From: Candidatus Sericytochromatia bacterium
Lineage (GTDB): Bacteria > Cyanobacteriota > Sericytochromatia > S15B-MN24 > JAQBPE01
Assembly (NCBI GenBank): GCA_035285125.1
Contig: JAYKHR010000066.1
Span: 64,001 to 128,000 of the forward strand
Direction of reading: 5' to 3'
Length of the DNA stretch: 64,000 bases
Numbering within the stretch: position 1 is the first letter of the stretch; every line of letters begins with the position of its first letter. The notes beneath the pieces are model-generated. The model was not told the origin of the DNA, ran no database searches, and was given only the letters and a program-made list of their open reading frames with translations. The translations under genes and the position numbers were made by a program. This document shows, in pieces, positions 20,420 through 30,025 of the stretch.

Positions 20420-21148
20420 GTGATCACCTTCGACCAAGTCCACAAGCGCTACGGCCCCCTGCACGTGCTGCAGGGCGTCGATGTCACCATTGAGGCCGGG
20501 CAGAAGGTGGTGGTGATCGGGCCGAGCGGATCGGGCAAGAGCACGTTCCTGCGCTGCATCAACCGCCTGGAGGAGATCAGCGAGGGGCGCCTGGTGGTGG
20601 ACGGCATCCCTCTCCATGACCCTCGTTCGGACCTGCGGGCCCTGCGGGAAGAGGTCGGGATGGTCTTCCAGAACTTCAACCTGTTTCCACACCGAACCGT
20701 CCTGGAGAACGTGACGCTCGCGCCGCGGGTGGTGCGTCGGGTGCCCTCGGGAGAGGCCAACGCCCTCGGTTTGGAGCTGCTCGAAAAGGTGGGAATGGCC
20801 CACAAGGCATCGGCGTACCCCACCACGCTTTCGGGCGGCCAGCAGCAACGGGTGGCGATCGCCCGGGGCATGGCCATGCGGCCCAAGATCATGCTCTTCG
20901 ACGAGCCCACCTCGGCGCTCGACCCGGAGATGGTGCAGGAGGTGCTGGAGGTCATGACCGACCTGGCCCACGGCCAGATGACCATGGTCGTTGTGACCCA
21001 CGAGATGGGATTCGCCCGCAGCGTGGCCGACCGGTTGCTCTTCATGGACGGCGGCCGGGTCGTCGAGGACCGCGCCCCCGAGGCCTTCTTCAGCGCCCCC
21101 GAGACCGACAGGGCGAGGCAGTTCCTTGCCAAGGTCGTCTCAGCCTGA
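20420..21148 (+). CDS. Polar amino acid ABC transporter ATP-binding protein (GlnQ-like)
   Basis: GPSGSGKST, FQNFNLFPH, LSGGQQQRVAIAR, FDEPTSALDPE, VTHEMGFA. Confidence 0.95.
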   Translation: MITFDQVHKRYGPLHVLQGVDVTIEAGQKVVVIGPSGSGKSTFLRCINRLEEISEGRLVVDGIPLHDPRSDLRALREEVGMVFQNFNLFPHRTVLENVTLAPRVVRRVPSGEANALGLELLEKVGMAHKASAYPTTLSGGQQQRVAIARGMAMRPKIMLFDEPTSALDPEMVQEVLEVMTDLAHGQMTMVVVTHEMGFARSVADRLLFMDGGRVVEDRAPEAFFSAPETDRARQFLAKVVSA

Positions 21149-21679
21149 TGCTGAACGCGGGTCGCCCCCGACCGCGGCCCGCACCCGCGCCAGCCTGCTG
21201 CACCCGTCGCACGCCCCGCAGGGCGGCCAGCTCGTGCAGCCGTGCCCGACCCCGGCTGGCACCCCGAGCCAGCGTCCAAGGCGGGCCACCTCCAGCATCG
21301 GTGCCATCCGAAAGGGTGCCCACACGCCGATGCCTTCGCTGGCGCACGCGGCCGCCAGCGCCACCCAGCCGAGGCCGGCGGCCTCCTCCCGGCAGACAGG
21401 CAGCACCAGCCACTGGCATCGATGCGCGGCCGCTGTCGCGACGGCTGGTCCCCAGCCCCCGGGGCTGGTGAGGCCGTGTGAGGTCGCCACCGGGACGGCT
21501 CCCACCAGGCTTGGCCCGCCGACGGGCGCCAGGTCCCGCCACCCGAGCCCGCCCTGGCGGAGCCAGGCAGCGGCGACCTCGGAGCCCAGGCTGCCATCCC
21601 GCCACAGCCCGACAGACTCTCCGATGGGAATGGGGCACGGTGCCGGCCAAGGGCCAACGGGCCCCGGAGCGGCCGTCAA
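21140..21679 (-). CDS. Degenerate QueC-like (PP-loop fold) protein with Cys4 cluster
   Basis: TTG overlaps the purA stop (TTGA). VGLWRDGSLGSEVAAAWL resembles the PP-loop, and APF...EVARLGRWLGVP...C-x5-CGACDGC resembles the QueC C-terminus. Confidence 0.55.
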   Translation of the reverse strand: MTAAPGPVGPWPAPCPIPIGESVGLWRDGSLGSEVAAAWLRQGGLGWRDLAPVGGPSLVGAVPVATSHGLTSPGGWGPAVATAAAHRCQWLVLPVCREEAAGLGWVALAAACASEGIGVWAPFRMAPMLEVARLGRWLGVPAGVGHGCTSWPPCGACDGCSRLARVRAAVGGDPRSASG

Positions 21680-22992
21680 CGCTGGGCTTCGAGGACCCGC
21701 CGGGGGCCTCGAAGGAGGTCCAGGGCCACGATGGCGGACGCTCTGTCTGCCCCCACCCCGATCATGGCGATCGGCACCCCGGTGAGGGCCTCGATGCGGG
21801 CCAGGAAGGCGCGGGCCTGTGGCGGCAGGTCCTCCAGCGCCTTGGCCTCCCCCGTGGGCGAGCACCACCCCGGCATTTCCTCGACGACGGGCTCGCATCG
21901 GGCCAGCACCTCCGCGTCGTCGGGCATGTCCGTCAGCAGCGTGTCGCCGAACCTGTAGGCCGTGCAGATGCCGATGCGCTCGAAAGTATCCAGCACGTCG
22001 AGCTTCGTGAGGGCCAGGGCGTCTAGGCCGTTCACCCGCGCCGCGTGCCGCACCACCACCGCGTCGAACCAGCCGCAGCGGCGCGGCCTGCCCGTGGTGG
22101 TGCCGAACTCGCCACCGGCCTCCCGCAGCTGGGCTCCGAGGCCATCCAGCGACTCGGTGGGGAACGGGCCAGCCCCCACGCGGGTGGTGTAGGCCTTGGT
22201 GACGCCAAGCACCCGGTCGATGCCCGTGGGCCCGATCCCCGTGCCCAGGCAGGCCCCCGCAGCGACGGGGTGGGAAGAGGTCACGAAGGGGTACGTGCCG
22301 GCGTCGAGATCGAGCATGGTGCCCTGGGCACCCTCGAAGAGGATGGCCTCCCCGCGGCGCGCGGCGTCGGCCACGACGCTCGAGGCATCTCCGATCCAGG
22401 GGCGCAGCCTGGCCCCGTAACCGGCGTAGGTGTCGACGACCTCGTCCAGCGACAGCGGTTGTTCGCCGTACAGCTGGCCCAAAACCGCGTTCTTCGCCGG
22501 CAGCAGGGCCGCGACCCTGTCGCGCAGGCGAACTGGGTCGAGCAGGTCCATCAGCCGCACGCCCGACCGCGCAACCTTGTCGGTGTAGGTGGGCCCGATG
22601 CCGCGCCCCGTGGTACCGATCGCCCCTGCCCCGCGCGCCCGCTCCTCGGCGGCGTCCAGGCTGCGGTGCCAGGGCATTGTGACGTGGGCCCCGCGCGCGA
22701 TCGTCAGGGCCTCGAGCGCGATGCCACGCGCCAACAGGCCCTCCAGTTCGGCAATCAGCAAGGGCGGATCGACGACGACCCCCGCCCCCAGCACGCAGCG
22801 CACGCCAGGGTGAAGGATGCCGGATGGCACCAGGTGGAGCTTGAAGGTGGTGCCCCCGACGATCACGGTGTGACCCGCGTTGGCGCCACCCTGGAAGCGC
22901 ACCACCACGTCGGCGTGCGCAGCCAACATGTCGGTGATCTTGCCCTTGCCCTCGTCACCCCACTGGGCGCCAACCACCACGACGGTCGCCAT
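21676..22992 (-). CDS. purA: Adenylosuccinate synthetase
   Basis: GAQWGDEGKGK, GGANAGHT, IGTTGRGIGP, EGAQG, GTYPFVTSS, TTGRPRRCGW. Confidence 0.98.
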   Translation of the reverse strand: MATVVVVGAQWGDEGKGKITDMLAAHADVVVRFQGGANAGHTVIVGGTTFKLHLVPSGILHPGVRCVLGAGVVVDPPLLIAELEGLLARGIALEALTIARGAHVTMPWHRSLDAAEERARGAGAIGTTGRGIGPTYTDKVARSGVRLMDLLDPVRLRDRVAALLPAKNAVLGQLYGEQPLSLDEVVDTYAGYGARLRPWIGDASSVVADAARRGEAILFEGAQGTMLDLDAGTYPFVTSSHPVAAGACLGTGIGPTGIDRVLGVTKAYTTRVGAGPFPTESLDGLGAQLREAGGEFGTTTGRPRRCGWFDAVVVRHAARVNGLDALALTKLDVLDTFERIGICTAYRFGDTLLTDMPDDAEVLARCEPVVEEMPGWCSPTGEAKALEDLPPQARAFLARIEALTGVPIAMIGVGADRASAIVALDLLRGPRRVLEAQR

Positions 22993-23134
22993 CCACTTCC
23001 TCCTTCCCGGGCCGCGGCCCGGCCGGCCCATGATGCCCCAGCGCCAGCGGCCTGCCAAGTTGTCCCTGCAGCGAGGTTCCTGGCGTTGTCCGTGGCACGG
23101 CCAGCACCTACAGTGGTCACCGGGGGCAACGGGC

Positions 23135-24661
23135 ATGCAGCGCGACGAGTGGGGTGGACCTGCGCCGCGGGAGGGCGTGGGCGGTGGGCGGGACCGGGAG
23201 GCCCCCGGCCGGTCCGCGCTTGCCGGCTACGTGGCCCAGCTGGACCGCATCGTGGGTGAAGCGCGCGAGCCCTCTTGGCTGGAGGCGGCCCGAGCCCTGG
23301 CCCGCGTGCCTGCTCCCGAGGGGCTGCTGGTCGGCCACGTGGTAGAGCGGAAACGGCGGGAGTTGCTCGGACGGTTCGACCGCATGCGCACCCGCCACGT
23401 GCGCGTGGACGTGGCCGATCGGCCAGCGTGGTTGCGCGGGCTCCAGGCGTGTGCGGAGCTGGCGGGGTGCACCGAGTTGCTCCTGACAGGGGCTGGGGAG
23501 GCGAGGCGATGCCTGCTGCAAGCGGGCCGCTCCTGGCAGCCACACGCCCCGGAACCGGCAGCAGGACTCACGGGCGCAGGATTTGCAGCCCCGTCGGATC
23601 GTGGCGAGGCCTACTTGGACCTGGTGACGGGCTGGCTGACGCTGGCTGGTCCCCCGATGTTCGTGCGGGAGGCCCTGCGCAACCTGGATCGGCTGGACTG
23701 TCAGCTTCCACTGGACGTCCACGTGCCCTGGGATCCCCGTCGAGACTGGCTAGAGGGTTCTCCACAGGGCATGCGGGTGCAGCTGACGAACCTGTCCCAA
23801 GACATCCTCGTGGTCGCCGAGGTGGGAAGCCCGGAGCCGGGGGCGCTGGCAGAACACCTCCGGCGGTCGTCCCTGGGCAGGCTGAGACACGTCGAGGCCG
23901 AGGGGTGCTACGAGTACGAGCCCGCAGCCCCGGGGGTCACGGCCCCGGTGTTTCATTGCGTGGTGCTCCGCCCCGGGCAAAGTCGCACGGTCGTCTGGAA
24001 CCTGCCGGCAGGCGAGGCCGGGGACGGCTGGCGCCGCTTCGAGGTCACGCTGGCTCGCCTGTCGCCGGCCCAGTTCGCCACGCACGCCTACATGCCCGCT
24101 CCGCGGACAGGCTTCGGCGTGCCGGCCAGCATCCGCTACGTGCGCCCGACCCCCGACCTTCAGGAGGAACCGGGGGACTGGACCAGCGTCCTGCTACCGG
24201 ATGCCGGGCGGCTGCCGTGGCAGCGCTCCGCCTGGCAGCTGCCGGTGTTCGTCCAACCCAGGGCCTTCTCGGCGGCCCAGGCACGGACGCTCGTCAGCCC
24301 TGAGCTGACGCCGATCCACTACTCCCGGTGGCAGCAGGCCTGGGTGTTGGCCGACGGCGCCGGCTCGGTGCTGGCCTGGCAGGACCGCATCGAGCGGCAG
24401 CCACGCGTTGACCCGGCGTGCTATGTGGTGGTGGACAGCCAGGACCAGCGGCTGGCCCTCCAGATATCGGGGCGTGCCCTGCCGCAGGCCCGGGAGGCGT
24501 TGGTGGCGGTGCAAGACTGGGCCAGCCACGGCCTCGGGCTGCCCGTGCACCTCCCCCGCGCCGCACTGCCGTCGCTCTGGCGCCTGGCGGAACGCCACGG
24601 CCTTCAGCTGGGCGTCGCGCGGGACGTCCTCGGACGCGCCATCCTGCACCTGGACCCGTGA
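23135..24661 (+). CDS. Hypothetical protein (~508 aa)
   Basis: Long ORF with coding-like composition filling the gap divergent from purA. No motif recognised and start uncertain. Confidence 0.65.
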   Translation: MQRDEWGGPAPREGVGGGRDREAPGRSALAGYVAQLDRIVGEAREPSWLEAARALARVPAPEGLLVGHVVERKRRELLGRFDRMRTRHVRVDVADRPAWLRGLQACAELAGCTELLLTGAGEARRCLLQAGRSWQPHAPEPAAGLTGAGFAAPSDRGEAYLDLVTGWLTLAGPPMFVREALRNLDRLDCQLPLDVHVPWDPRRDWLEGSPQGMRVQLTNLSQDILVVAEVGSPEPGALAEHLRRSSLGRLRHVEAEGCYEYEPAAPGVTAPVFHCVVLRPGQSRTVVWNLPAGEAGDGWRRFEVTLARLSPAQFATHAYMPAPRTGFGVPASIRYVRPTPDLQEEPGDWTSVLLPDAGRLPWQRSAWQLPVFVQPRAFSAAQARTLVSPELTPIHYSRWQQAWVLADGAGSVLAWQDRIERQPRVDPACYVVVDSQDQRLALQISGRALPQAREALVAVQDWASHGLGLPVHLPRAALPSLWRLAERHGLQLGVARDVLGRAILHLDP

Positions 24662-24668
24662 CAAGGAA

Positions 24669-24691
24669 CCCCCTGGCACCTGCCAGGGGGT
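24669..24691. terminator. Hairpin between convergent genes
   Basis: ACCCCCTGGCA / TGCCAGGGGGT inverted repeat. Coordinates approximate to within 1-2 nt. Confidence 0.55.
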
Positions 24692-24705
24692 CGGGTAAGG
24701 GAGGC

Positions 24706-25494
24706 TCAGCGTCGACGGCCCGGCGTGCTGGGCGGGGCTGGCTGCGCGGGCGGCGCGGGCGGGGCACCAGCCGGGTCCTCTGCCGGGGGCGCCGGCGGCG
24801 CAGCGGGGTCCTCTGGCGCCGGAGGCGCGGGAGGGGCCGGCGGCGTCCCACCGCCCGGCGTGCCGCCAAGGGCCTCGACCACCAGCTCTATGTACAGGTC
24901 CTCGAACTCAGCTTGCCCGAGCTTGCCGTCTCCCGTCTTGTCGGCGGCTCCAAAGGCCTCAGCGGAGACCTTCGTGAGCTTCACCGTGACGCCGAGCCGC
25001 GGGTACTCGAAGGTCAGGCCGAGGCGGGCCATATCCCGGTTGCTCGTTTCGTTCTTCACGAGCAGACCGTCACGGGGGGAGACGTCCAGCCGGGAGAACG
25101 CCCTGGACAGCCCCGAACGCAATCGGTTCGCGAAGGCGGCCGGCGTGTCCCGGAAAAAGAACATGTTGGTGATGGCGTAGGTCTTGAATTCGGTGAAGGT
25201 GAGCTTGTTGTTGCGGTTCTTGTCCGCCTTCCGGAAGTCGTCCATCGACATCGTAGGCCCTGCCTCGTACTCGTCGATGGCCCTGTTGCTGTCCTTGTCG
25301 AGGCGGGCGAAGAGCGCCTCGTGGACGCGGGAGAGCCCCTTGGTCAGGGACTTCGTGGCCTCGGCATCGAAGGCCGTCCCCGGGGTGCGGGTCGCCGCGC
25401 CGAGCACACCGGCGGTGCCGCAACCGGACAGCAGCAGGGTCAACGAGACCAGGCCAGCTGCAGCCGTGCGGTGGGGGAGCGAGCGCTTGAACAC
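24706..25494 (-). CDS. EF-hand calcium-binding lipoprotein with Pro-rich tail
   Basis: AAGGAGG SD, lipobox LSGC, EF loops DKDSNRAIDEYE, DKNRNNKLTFTE and DKTGDGKLGQAE, PPAPP repeats. Confidence 0.85.
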   Translation of the reverse strand: MFKRSLPHRTAAAGLVSLTLLLSGCGTAGVLGAATRTPGTAFDAEATKSLTKGLSRVHEALFARLDKDSNRAIDEYEAGPTMSMDDFRKADKNRNNKLTFTEFKTYAITNMFFFRDTPAAFANRLRSGLSRAFSRLDVSPRDGLLVKNETSNRDMARLGLTFEYPRLGVTVKLTKVSAEAFGAADKTGDGKLGQAEFEDLYIELVVEALGGTPGGGTPPAPPAPPAPEDPAAPPAPPAEDPAGAPPAPPAQPAPPSTPGRRR

Positions 25495-25580
25495 GGGAGG
25501 ACCTCCTTGCTACCGGAACCTTAACCGACCTTAATGATTTCTTTATCCCGCATAACCTTCAAAACTTGCGCGCCGCAGGC

Positions 25581-25610
25581 AAAAAAAAAGCCTGGCCGAT
25601 CGGGCCAGAC
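25581..25610 (-). terminator. Intrinsic terminator
   Basis: On - strand: GTCTGGCC-CGATC-GGCCAGGC followed by T9. Confidence 0.85.
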
Positions 25611-25636
25611 CTTGTTCGGGAGCTGTTTGTGAGCCG

Positions 25637-26053
25637 TTATCCACCGGAGCGGCGGCGGCACTCTTCGAGAAACGCGTGCGCGCTGAGGTCGTCTTCCTCG
25701 CCCGCGGGCACGCCTGGCGCATCATCGTCCAGCCGGGCAGCCAGCATCCTCAGCACCTGGTGGCTGGAGCGGGCGAGGGCCGCTGCCGCCAGCGGCCGGG
25801 ACAGGAACTCGTGCCGCCGGACGTCCATCACGCCAATCGCGTCCTCGAGGATGTCCAGCAGGCCGCCAGGTGGGCCGCCCGCGGCCTGAAGCGCGGCGAG
25901 CCGCTCGGCCTCACGAGGCGACACCAGCACGAACAGATGCCCGTCGAGCGTCTCGAGGATGCACGCCCGGTGCCGCTGCCCGAGGTGGTCTTCCAGGGTC
26001 ACGCGACGGTCGAAAGAGAGCATCAGGCGTGCCTCCTCGGTTCGGTTGCCCAA
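25637..26053 (-). CDS. Hypothetical protein
   Basis: ORF directly after the MFS gene and before the terminator. Start may instead be ATG 26023. Confidence 0.6.
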   Translation of the reverse strand: MGNRTEEARLMLSFDRRVTLEDHLGQRHRACILETLDGHLFVLVSPREAERLAALQAAGGPPGGLLDILEDAIGVMDVRRHEFLSRPLAAAALARSSHQVLRMLAARLDDDAPGVPAGEEDDLSAHAFLEECRRRSGG

Positions 26054-26064
26054 CCTGTCTCTAC

Positions 26065-28128
26065 TTACCCATCACCATGCGTCGGCTCACCGGGGGCGGC
26101 CTCCGTCGCCGCCCCTGTCGCGGCAGCCCCGAGCGACGGCTCGCCAGCCGACGCTTCCACAGCGACAGGCACCACGGCCGTGAGGTCCTCCCCGATCATG
26201 GCCGCCACCGTCTTGCGCAGGTCGTCGGCCTTGACCGCCTCGGGTGGCACCGGCGCGGAGAAGTACAGGTCGACGCGGGACCAGGCACCCCGTCGGAACG
26301 GCTGCGACAGGGCGCGACCGCCGGCGTAGCTGAAGTAGCTTCCCCACAGGCCTCGCAGGCCCACCGGCACGACGGGCACCGGTGTCCGCGCCACAATGCG
26401 CTCCACGCCCGTCCGGAAGGGCATGAGGCGGCCGTCCTTGGTGATCTCCCCCTCAGGGAAGATGCACACGAGTTCCCCCGCTGCCAGGTCCGCCGCGATC
26501 TGGTCCATAGCCCGGTTCAGCACCTCCGGATCCTCCTTCGCGGGGTAGATCGGAATGATCTTGGCGTCGTGCACGAGGCGCTTCATGAGGGGGTGCCTGG
26601 CAAAGCCAGCCCACATCACGAAGTGGACGGGACGCCGGATGGCGGCGCCGATGAAGAGCCAGTCGATGAAGGAGGGGTGGTTGCAAATGAGCAGGGCGCC
26701 CCCGGTTTCGGGCACGTGGTGCACGCCGTGGACGTGGAGCCTGTAGGCGAGCCTCGTGATCAGCCACCCCTGGAAGCGCAGCGTGAACTCCGGGATGAGC
26801 GTGTAGATGTAAATCGCGACGGCCGCGTTGACCAGGGCCAGCATCACGAAGATGTGCGGGATTGTGAGCGCCAACCCGCCCGCCGAAGGGCCCTGGGCCG
26901 TCAGGTGGATCAACTTCATCTGCAGGGGCGCGTAGGCCACGATGAACAGGGCGTTCACGATGTTGTTCGCCGCGATCACCCGCGACCGCATCTCGGGCCG
27001 GGCCCAGCTCTGCAAGGCCGTGTACAGCGGTACGAGGAAGATTCCGGCGAAGGTGGCGATGAGGAACAGGTCCGCCATGACGCGCCAGTTGGCCGGATGC
27101 GCCAGCAGGGTCCCAGCAGTCTGGGTGCCCGCGGCCTGCGAGGCCAGCTGGGAGGCCGAGCCGGCCGCCCAGGCGAGGTCCAGGGTGAAGACGCTCACAC
27201 CGAGGGAGCCCAGGGGCACCAGGCCCAGCTCGAGCTTGTTGAAGGAGAGGCGTTCACACACCACCGACCCCACGCCCACCCCCACCGAGAACAGCGCGAG
27301 GAACAGCACCGCCACGCTCTCGTCGGCCCTGAGTGAGTCCTTGACCCACGGCGTCATCAGCCCCAGGAACGCGAACCCGAACGTCCAGAGCCAGGAGATG
27401 CCCAGGATCGAGTTCCAGAGGCCCTTCTCGTGCGCTGTGGCCGCGCAGATGCGCCACGTGGTGGTGAAGGGGTTCCAGTCGATGCGAAGATCAGGCGCCT
27501 CCGAGGCGACGGCCGGCAGGGCGAGCGTCGCGCCCCACCCGATGAGCGCGAGCACGGGCAGCAGCAAGGCGATGACGGCGCTGCCCACCTCCACCGCGGA
27601 GCCGGCCAGGGGGGCATGCGCCGCGATGAGCAGGCCGCCCACCACACCCCCGAGCAGGATCGACAGGTTCGTGCCGCCTTCGACCAGCGCGTTGCCGGCC
27701 ACCAGTTCGTCGTCCCGCAGATACTGGGGTAGCGCACTGTACTTCAGCGGGCCGAAAAACGTGGCCTGGGTGCCCACCAAGAACAGCACGGCCAGCAGCA
27801 GCCCGGAGAGATGGAACCAGAACCCCACGGCTGCGATGGCCATGAGGATGACCTCCCAGAGCTTGAAGCGCTGGATGAGCAGGGTCTTGGGGTACTTGTC
27901 CGCAATCTGTCCGGCGAGAGAAGAGAAGAAAAAGTACGGCAACACCAGCAGGGCGGTGGCGAAGGTGCCCATCTGGGCCGCGGGCACGCCCCACACCGTC
28001 ACGCCCTGGAAGGTGATCAGCAACACCAGCGCCTGTTTCAGGATGTTGTCGTTGAAGGATCCCAGGAATTGTGCCCAGAACAGGGGCGCGAAGCGGCGGG
28101 TTCCGAGAAGGCTGAAGCTGTTCGACAT
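26065..28128 (-). CDS. MFS transporter fused to PlsC-type acyltransferase (LplT/Aas-like)
   Basis: RRFAPLFWAQFLGSFNDN, FFGPLKYS, RSRVIAANN, acyltransferase NHPSFID and FPEG motifs. Confidence 0.92.
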   Translation of the reverse strand: MSNSFSLLGTRRFAPLFWAQFLGSFNDNILKQALVLLITFQGVTVWGVPAAQMGTFATALLVLPYFFFSSLAGQIADKYPKTLLIQRFKLWEVILMAIAAVGFWFHLSGLLLAVLFLVGTQATFFGPLKYSALPQYLRDDELVAGNALVEGGTNLSILLGGVVGGLLIAAHAPLAGSAVEVGSAVIALLLPVLALIGWGATLALPAVASEAPDLRIDWNPFTTTWRICAATAHEKGLWNSILGISWLWTFGFAFLGLMTPWVKDSLRADESVAVLFLALFSVGVGVGSVVCERLSFNKLELGLVPLGSLGVSVFTLDLAWAAGSASQLASQAAGTQTAGTLLAHPANWRVMADLFLIATFAGIFLVPLYTALQSWARPEMRSRVIAANNIVNALFIVAYAPLQMKLIHLTAQGPSAGGLALTIPHIFVMLALVNAAVAIYIYTLIPEFTLRFQGWLITRLAYRLHVHGVHHVPETGGALLICNHPSFIDWLFIGAAIRRPVHFVMWAGFARHPLMKRLVHDAKIIPIYPAKEDPEVLNRAMDQIAADLAAGELVCIFPEGEITKDGRLMPFRTGVERIVARTPVPVVPVGLRGLWGSYFSYAGGRALSQPFRRGAWSRVDLYFSAPVPPEAVKADDLRKTVAAMIGEDLTAVVPVAVEASAGEPSLGAAATGAATEAAPGEPTHGDG

Positions 28129-28192
28129 AGGCCCCTCGTACCCAGGGCAGCCCGGGCAGATACGGGTGCCCGGGCCCGGGCTGGCGAACGGC

Positions 28193-28645
28193 TCAAAGCC
28201 TCTCCAAATCCCCTGGCGCCGGCCTGAGCAGGAGGCAGGCGCCTGCCCATCGATGCAACACGGCGTCGCTGGTGCTTCCGAGCAAGAGGCGCTCCAGCCC
28301 GCTGTGGGCGTGGGCGCCCATCACGATCACGTCCACCCCCAGGCTCCGAGCCAGGTCGAGGATCTCGTGCGTGGGGTTTCCCGTTCGCTCGTGCACCGTG
28401 GCCCTGACACCGAGCGAGGCCAGCAGCTCCTTCGCCCGAGCGCCGTCGCGCACGGCAGATTCGGTTTCCTGGGCGATCGCCGGGCCAGCGCCAGCCAGCG
28501 GCGCTTCCGGCGCAGCCAGCAGGGGCAACAGGTTGGCAACACTGAGCACGTGCACCTCGGCGCGCTCCAGCGCGAGCAGGGCGACGGCCTTGGCGATGGC
28601 GGCGTGGGACCAGCGACTTCCGTCCGTCGTGACGAGCACCTTCAT
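28193..28645 (-). CDS. Universal stress protein
   Basis: MKVLVTTDGS, GNP, DVIVMGAH, LLGSTS. GGAGG SD. Confidence 0.92.
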   Translation of the reverse strand: MKVLVTTDGSRWSHAAIAKAVALLALERAEVHVLSVANLLPLLAAPEAPLAGAGPAIAQETESAVRDGARAKELLASLGVRATVHERTGNPTHEILDLARSLGVDVIVMGAHAHSGLERLLLGSTSDAVLHRWAGACLLLRPAPGDLERL

Positions 28646-28869
28646 TCTGGCTGTCCTCCTCGGGGCGCGCGAACTTCGCGGCGCTCCGAGAAGGAGCATA
28701 GCGCCCTGGCAGGGAGGCGCCATCTGAAGCAATCACCGATCTGCATCGTTCACCCCGTGGTTTTTGCGGATGGTGGTCCCCGCGCTGGGGCACTACGATC
28801 ATGACCCCCCTGGGGCTTCGCGTGCGGCGCGCGCTTGCCCCGTGAGCCCCTCTCAGGTTTGGCCCCACG

Positions 28870-29568
28870 ATGCCCCACCAGCCCCCACAACTCCGTGCCC
28901 ACGAGGCTGGCCCCCACGGGGCAGCGCCCATCCGGATCCTGGTGGCGGACGACCACGCCGTGGTCAGGACCGGCATCGCCGCCGTCCTGGCGGGGGAGCC
29001 TGACATGCAGCTGGTTGGGGAGGCCGGCGATGGGGCCGCAGCCCTCCGGCTCGCCAGGGAGCTGAGGCCCGATCTCGCGGTGCTCGACCTGAACATGCCT
29101 CACATGGGCGGGATGGAGGCCCTCAAGGCCATCCGCGAGGAATTGCCGGAGACGCGCGTGCTCGTGCTCACCTCCGTCGAGGAGGATGCCTGGGTGTTCC
29201 GCGTCCTGGAGGCCGGTGGGGCGGGCTACGTGCTCAAGCGGGCGGCCGCGGAAGAGTTGGTGGAGGCCATTCGCACGGTGATGGCCGGGGGCGCCTTCGT
29301 CCGGCCAGCGATCGTTCAGGCGCTCGCGGCGGACTACGTGGCCCGGGAGCCCCTGCCCGAAGCGCCTGGGCGTGAGCGCCTGACGCCTCGCGAGCGGGAG
29401 ATCTTGGGGTTGGTCGCGCGGGGGATGACGAACCAGGAGATCGCCGAGGATCTGGTGATCAGCGTCCGGACCGTGGAAACGCACCGGGCGCACGTCATGG
29501 ACAAGCTGGGCTTCAAGAACCGGGCAGAGCTCGTGTCGTACGCCATCCGCAGGGGCATCCTGTCGTGA
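28870..29568 (+). CDS. NarL/LuxR-family response regulator (NreC-like)
   Basis: ADDH, LDLNMP receiver, LTPREREIL...TVETHR HTH. Confidence 0.95.
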   Translation: MPHQPPQLRAHEAGPHGAAPIRILVADDHAVVRTGIAAVLAGEPDMQLVGEAGDGAAALRLARELRPDLAVLDLNMPHMGGMEALKAIREELPETRVLVLTSVEEDAWVFRVLEAGGAGYVLKRAAAEELVEAIRTVMAGGAFVRPAIVQALAADYVAREPLPEAPGRERLTPREREILGLVARGMTNQEIAEDLVISVRTVETHRAHVMDKLGFKNRAELVSYAIRRGILS

Positions 29569-30025
29569 ATGCGCCCCCACCACCCGGTGGGAAGAGGCTC
29601 TCCCAGGCGGCTGGCGCCCTACCGCTGGAACAGGTCTGTCGCGCAGCCGGCCTTCTACACGCCGAGCGCGATCCCGAACGGGTGGTTCAGCGGCTGTATG
29701 CCTCCGCTGAGGAGTCGCTGGGCATCACAGGCCTTCTCGTGCTCACCCTGCAGCCGGATGGGTCGACGGTGCGCCGTTGTCGGGCTGTGGGGGGGAGCCC
29801 GAGCTTCGCTCCTTGACCGCGACCACCGTGCTCAGTGCCTGCCGGCTCTCGTCTCCCCTGCTCCCAGCGTCGAGCGAGGGCCCGGGTCCAGCCATCGCCT
29901 CAGGTGCAGTGCCCCCGGCTGGGGAGAGAGTTCGTCGTGGCCTGGCTTCCCCCAGGGGCCACCAGATGGTCCGGCACCTGGTCGACCACGCCCTCGGAAT
30001 CGAGTCGGGCCCGGTGCTGGGCTAG
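29565..30025 (+). pseudogene. Frameshifted ORF (GAF-like?) broken at a G7 run
   Basis: ORFs 29565-29816 and 29777-30025 join into 153 aa if one G is added at 29789-29795. GTGA overlap at the start and CTAG convergent overlap at the end. Confidence 0.55.
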
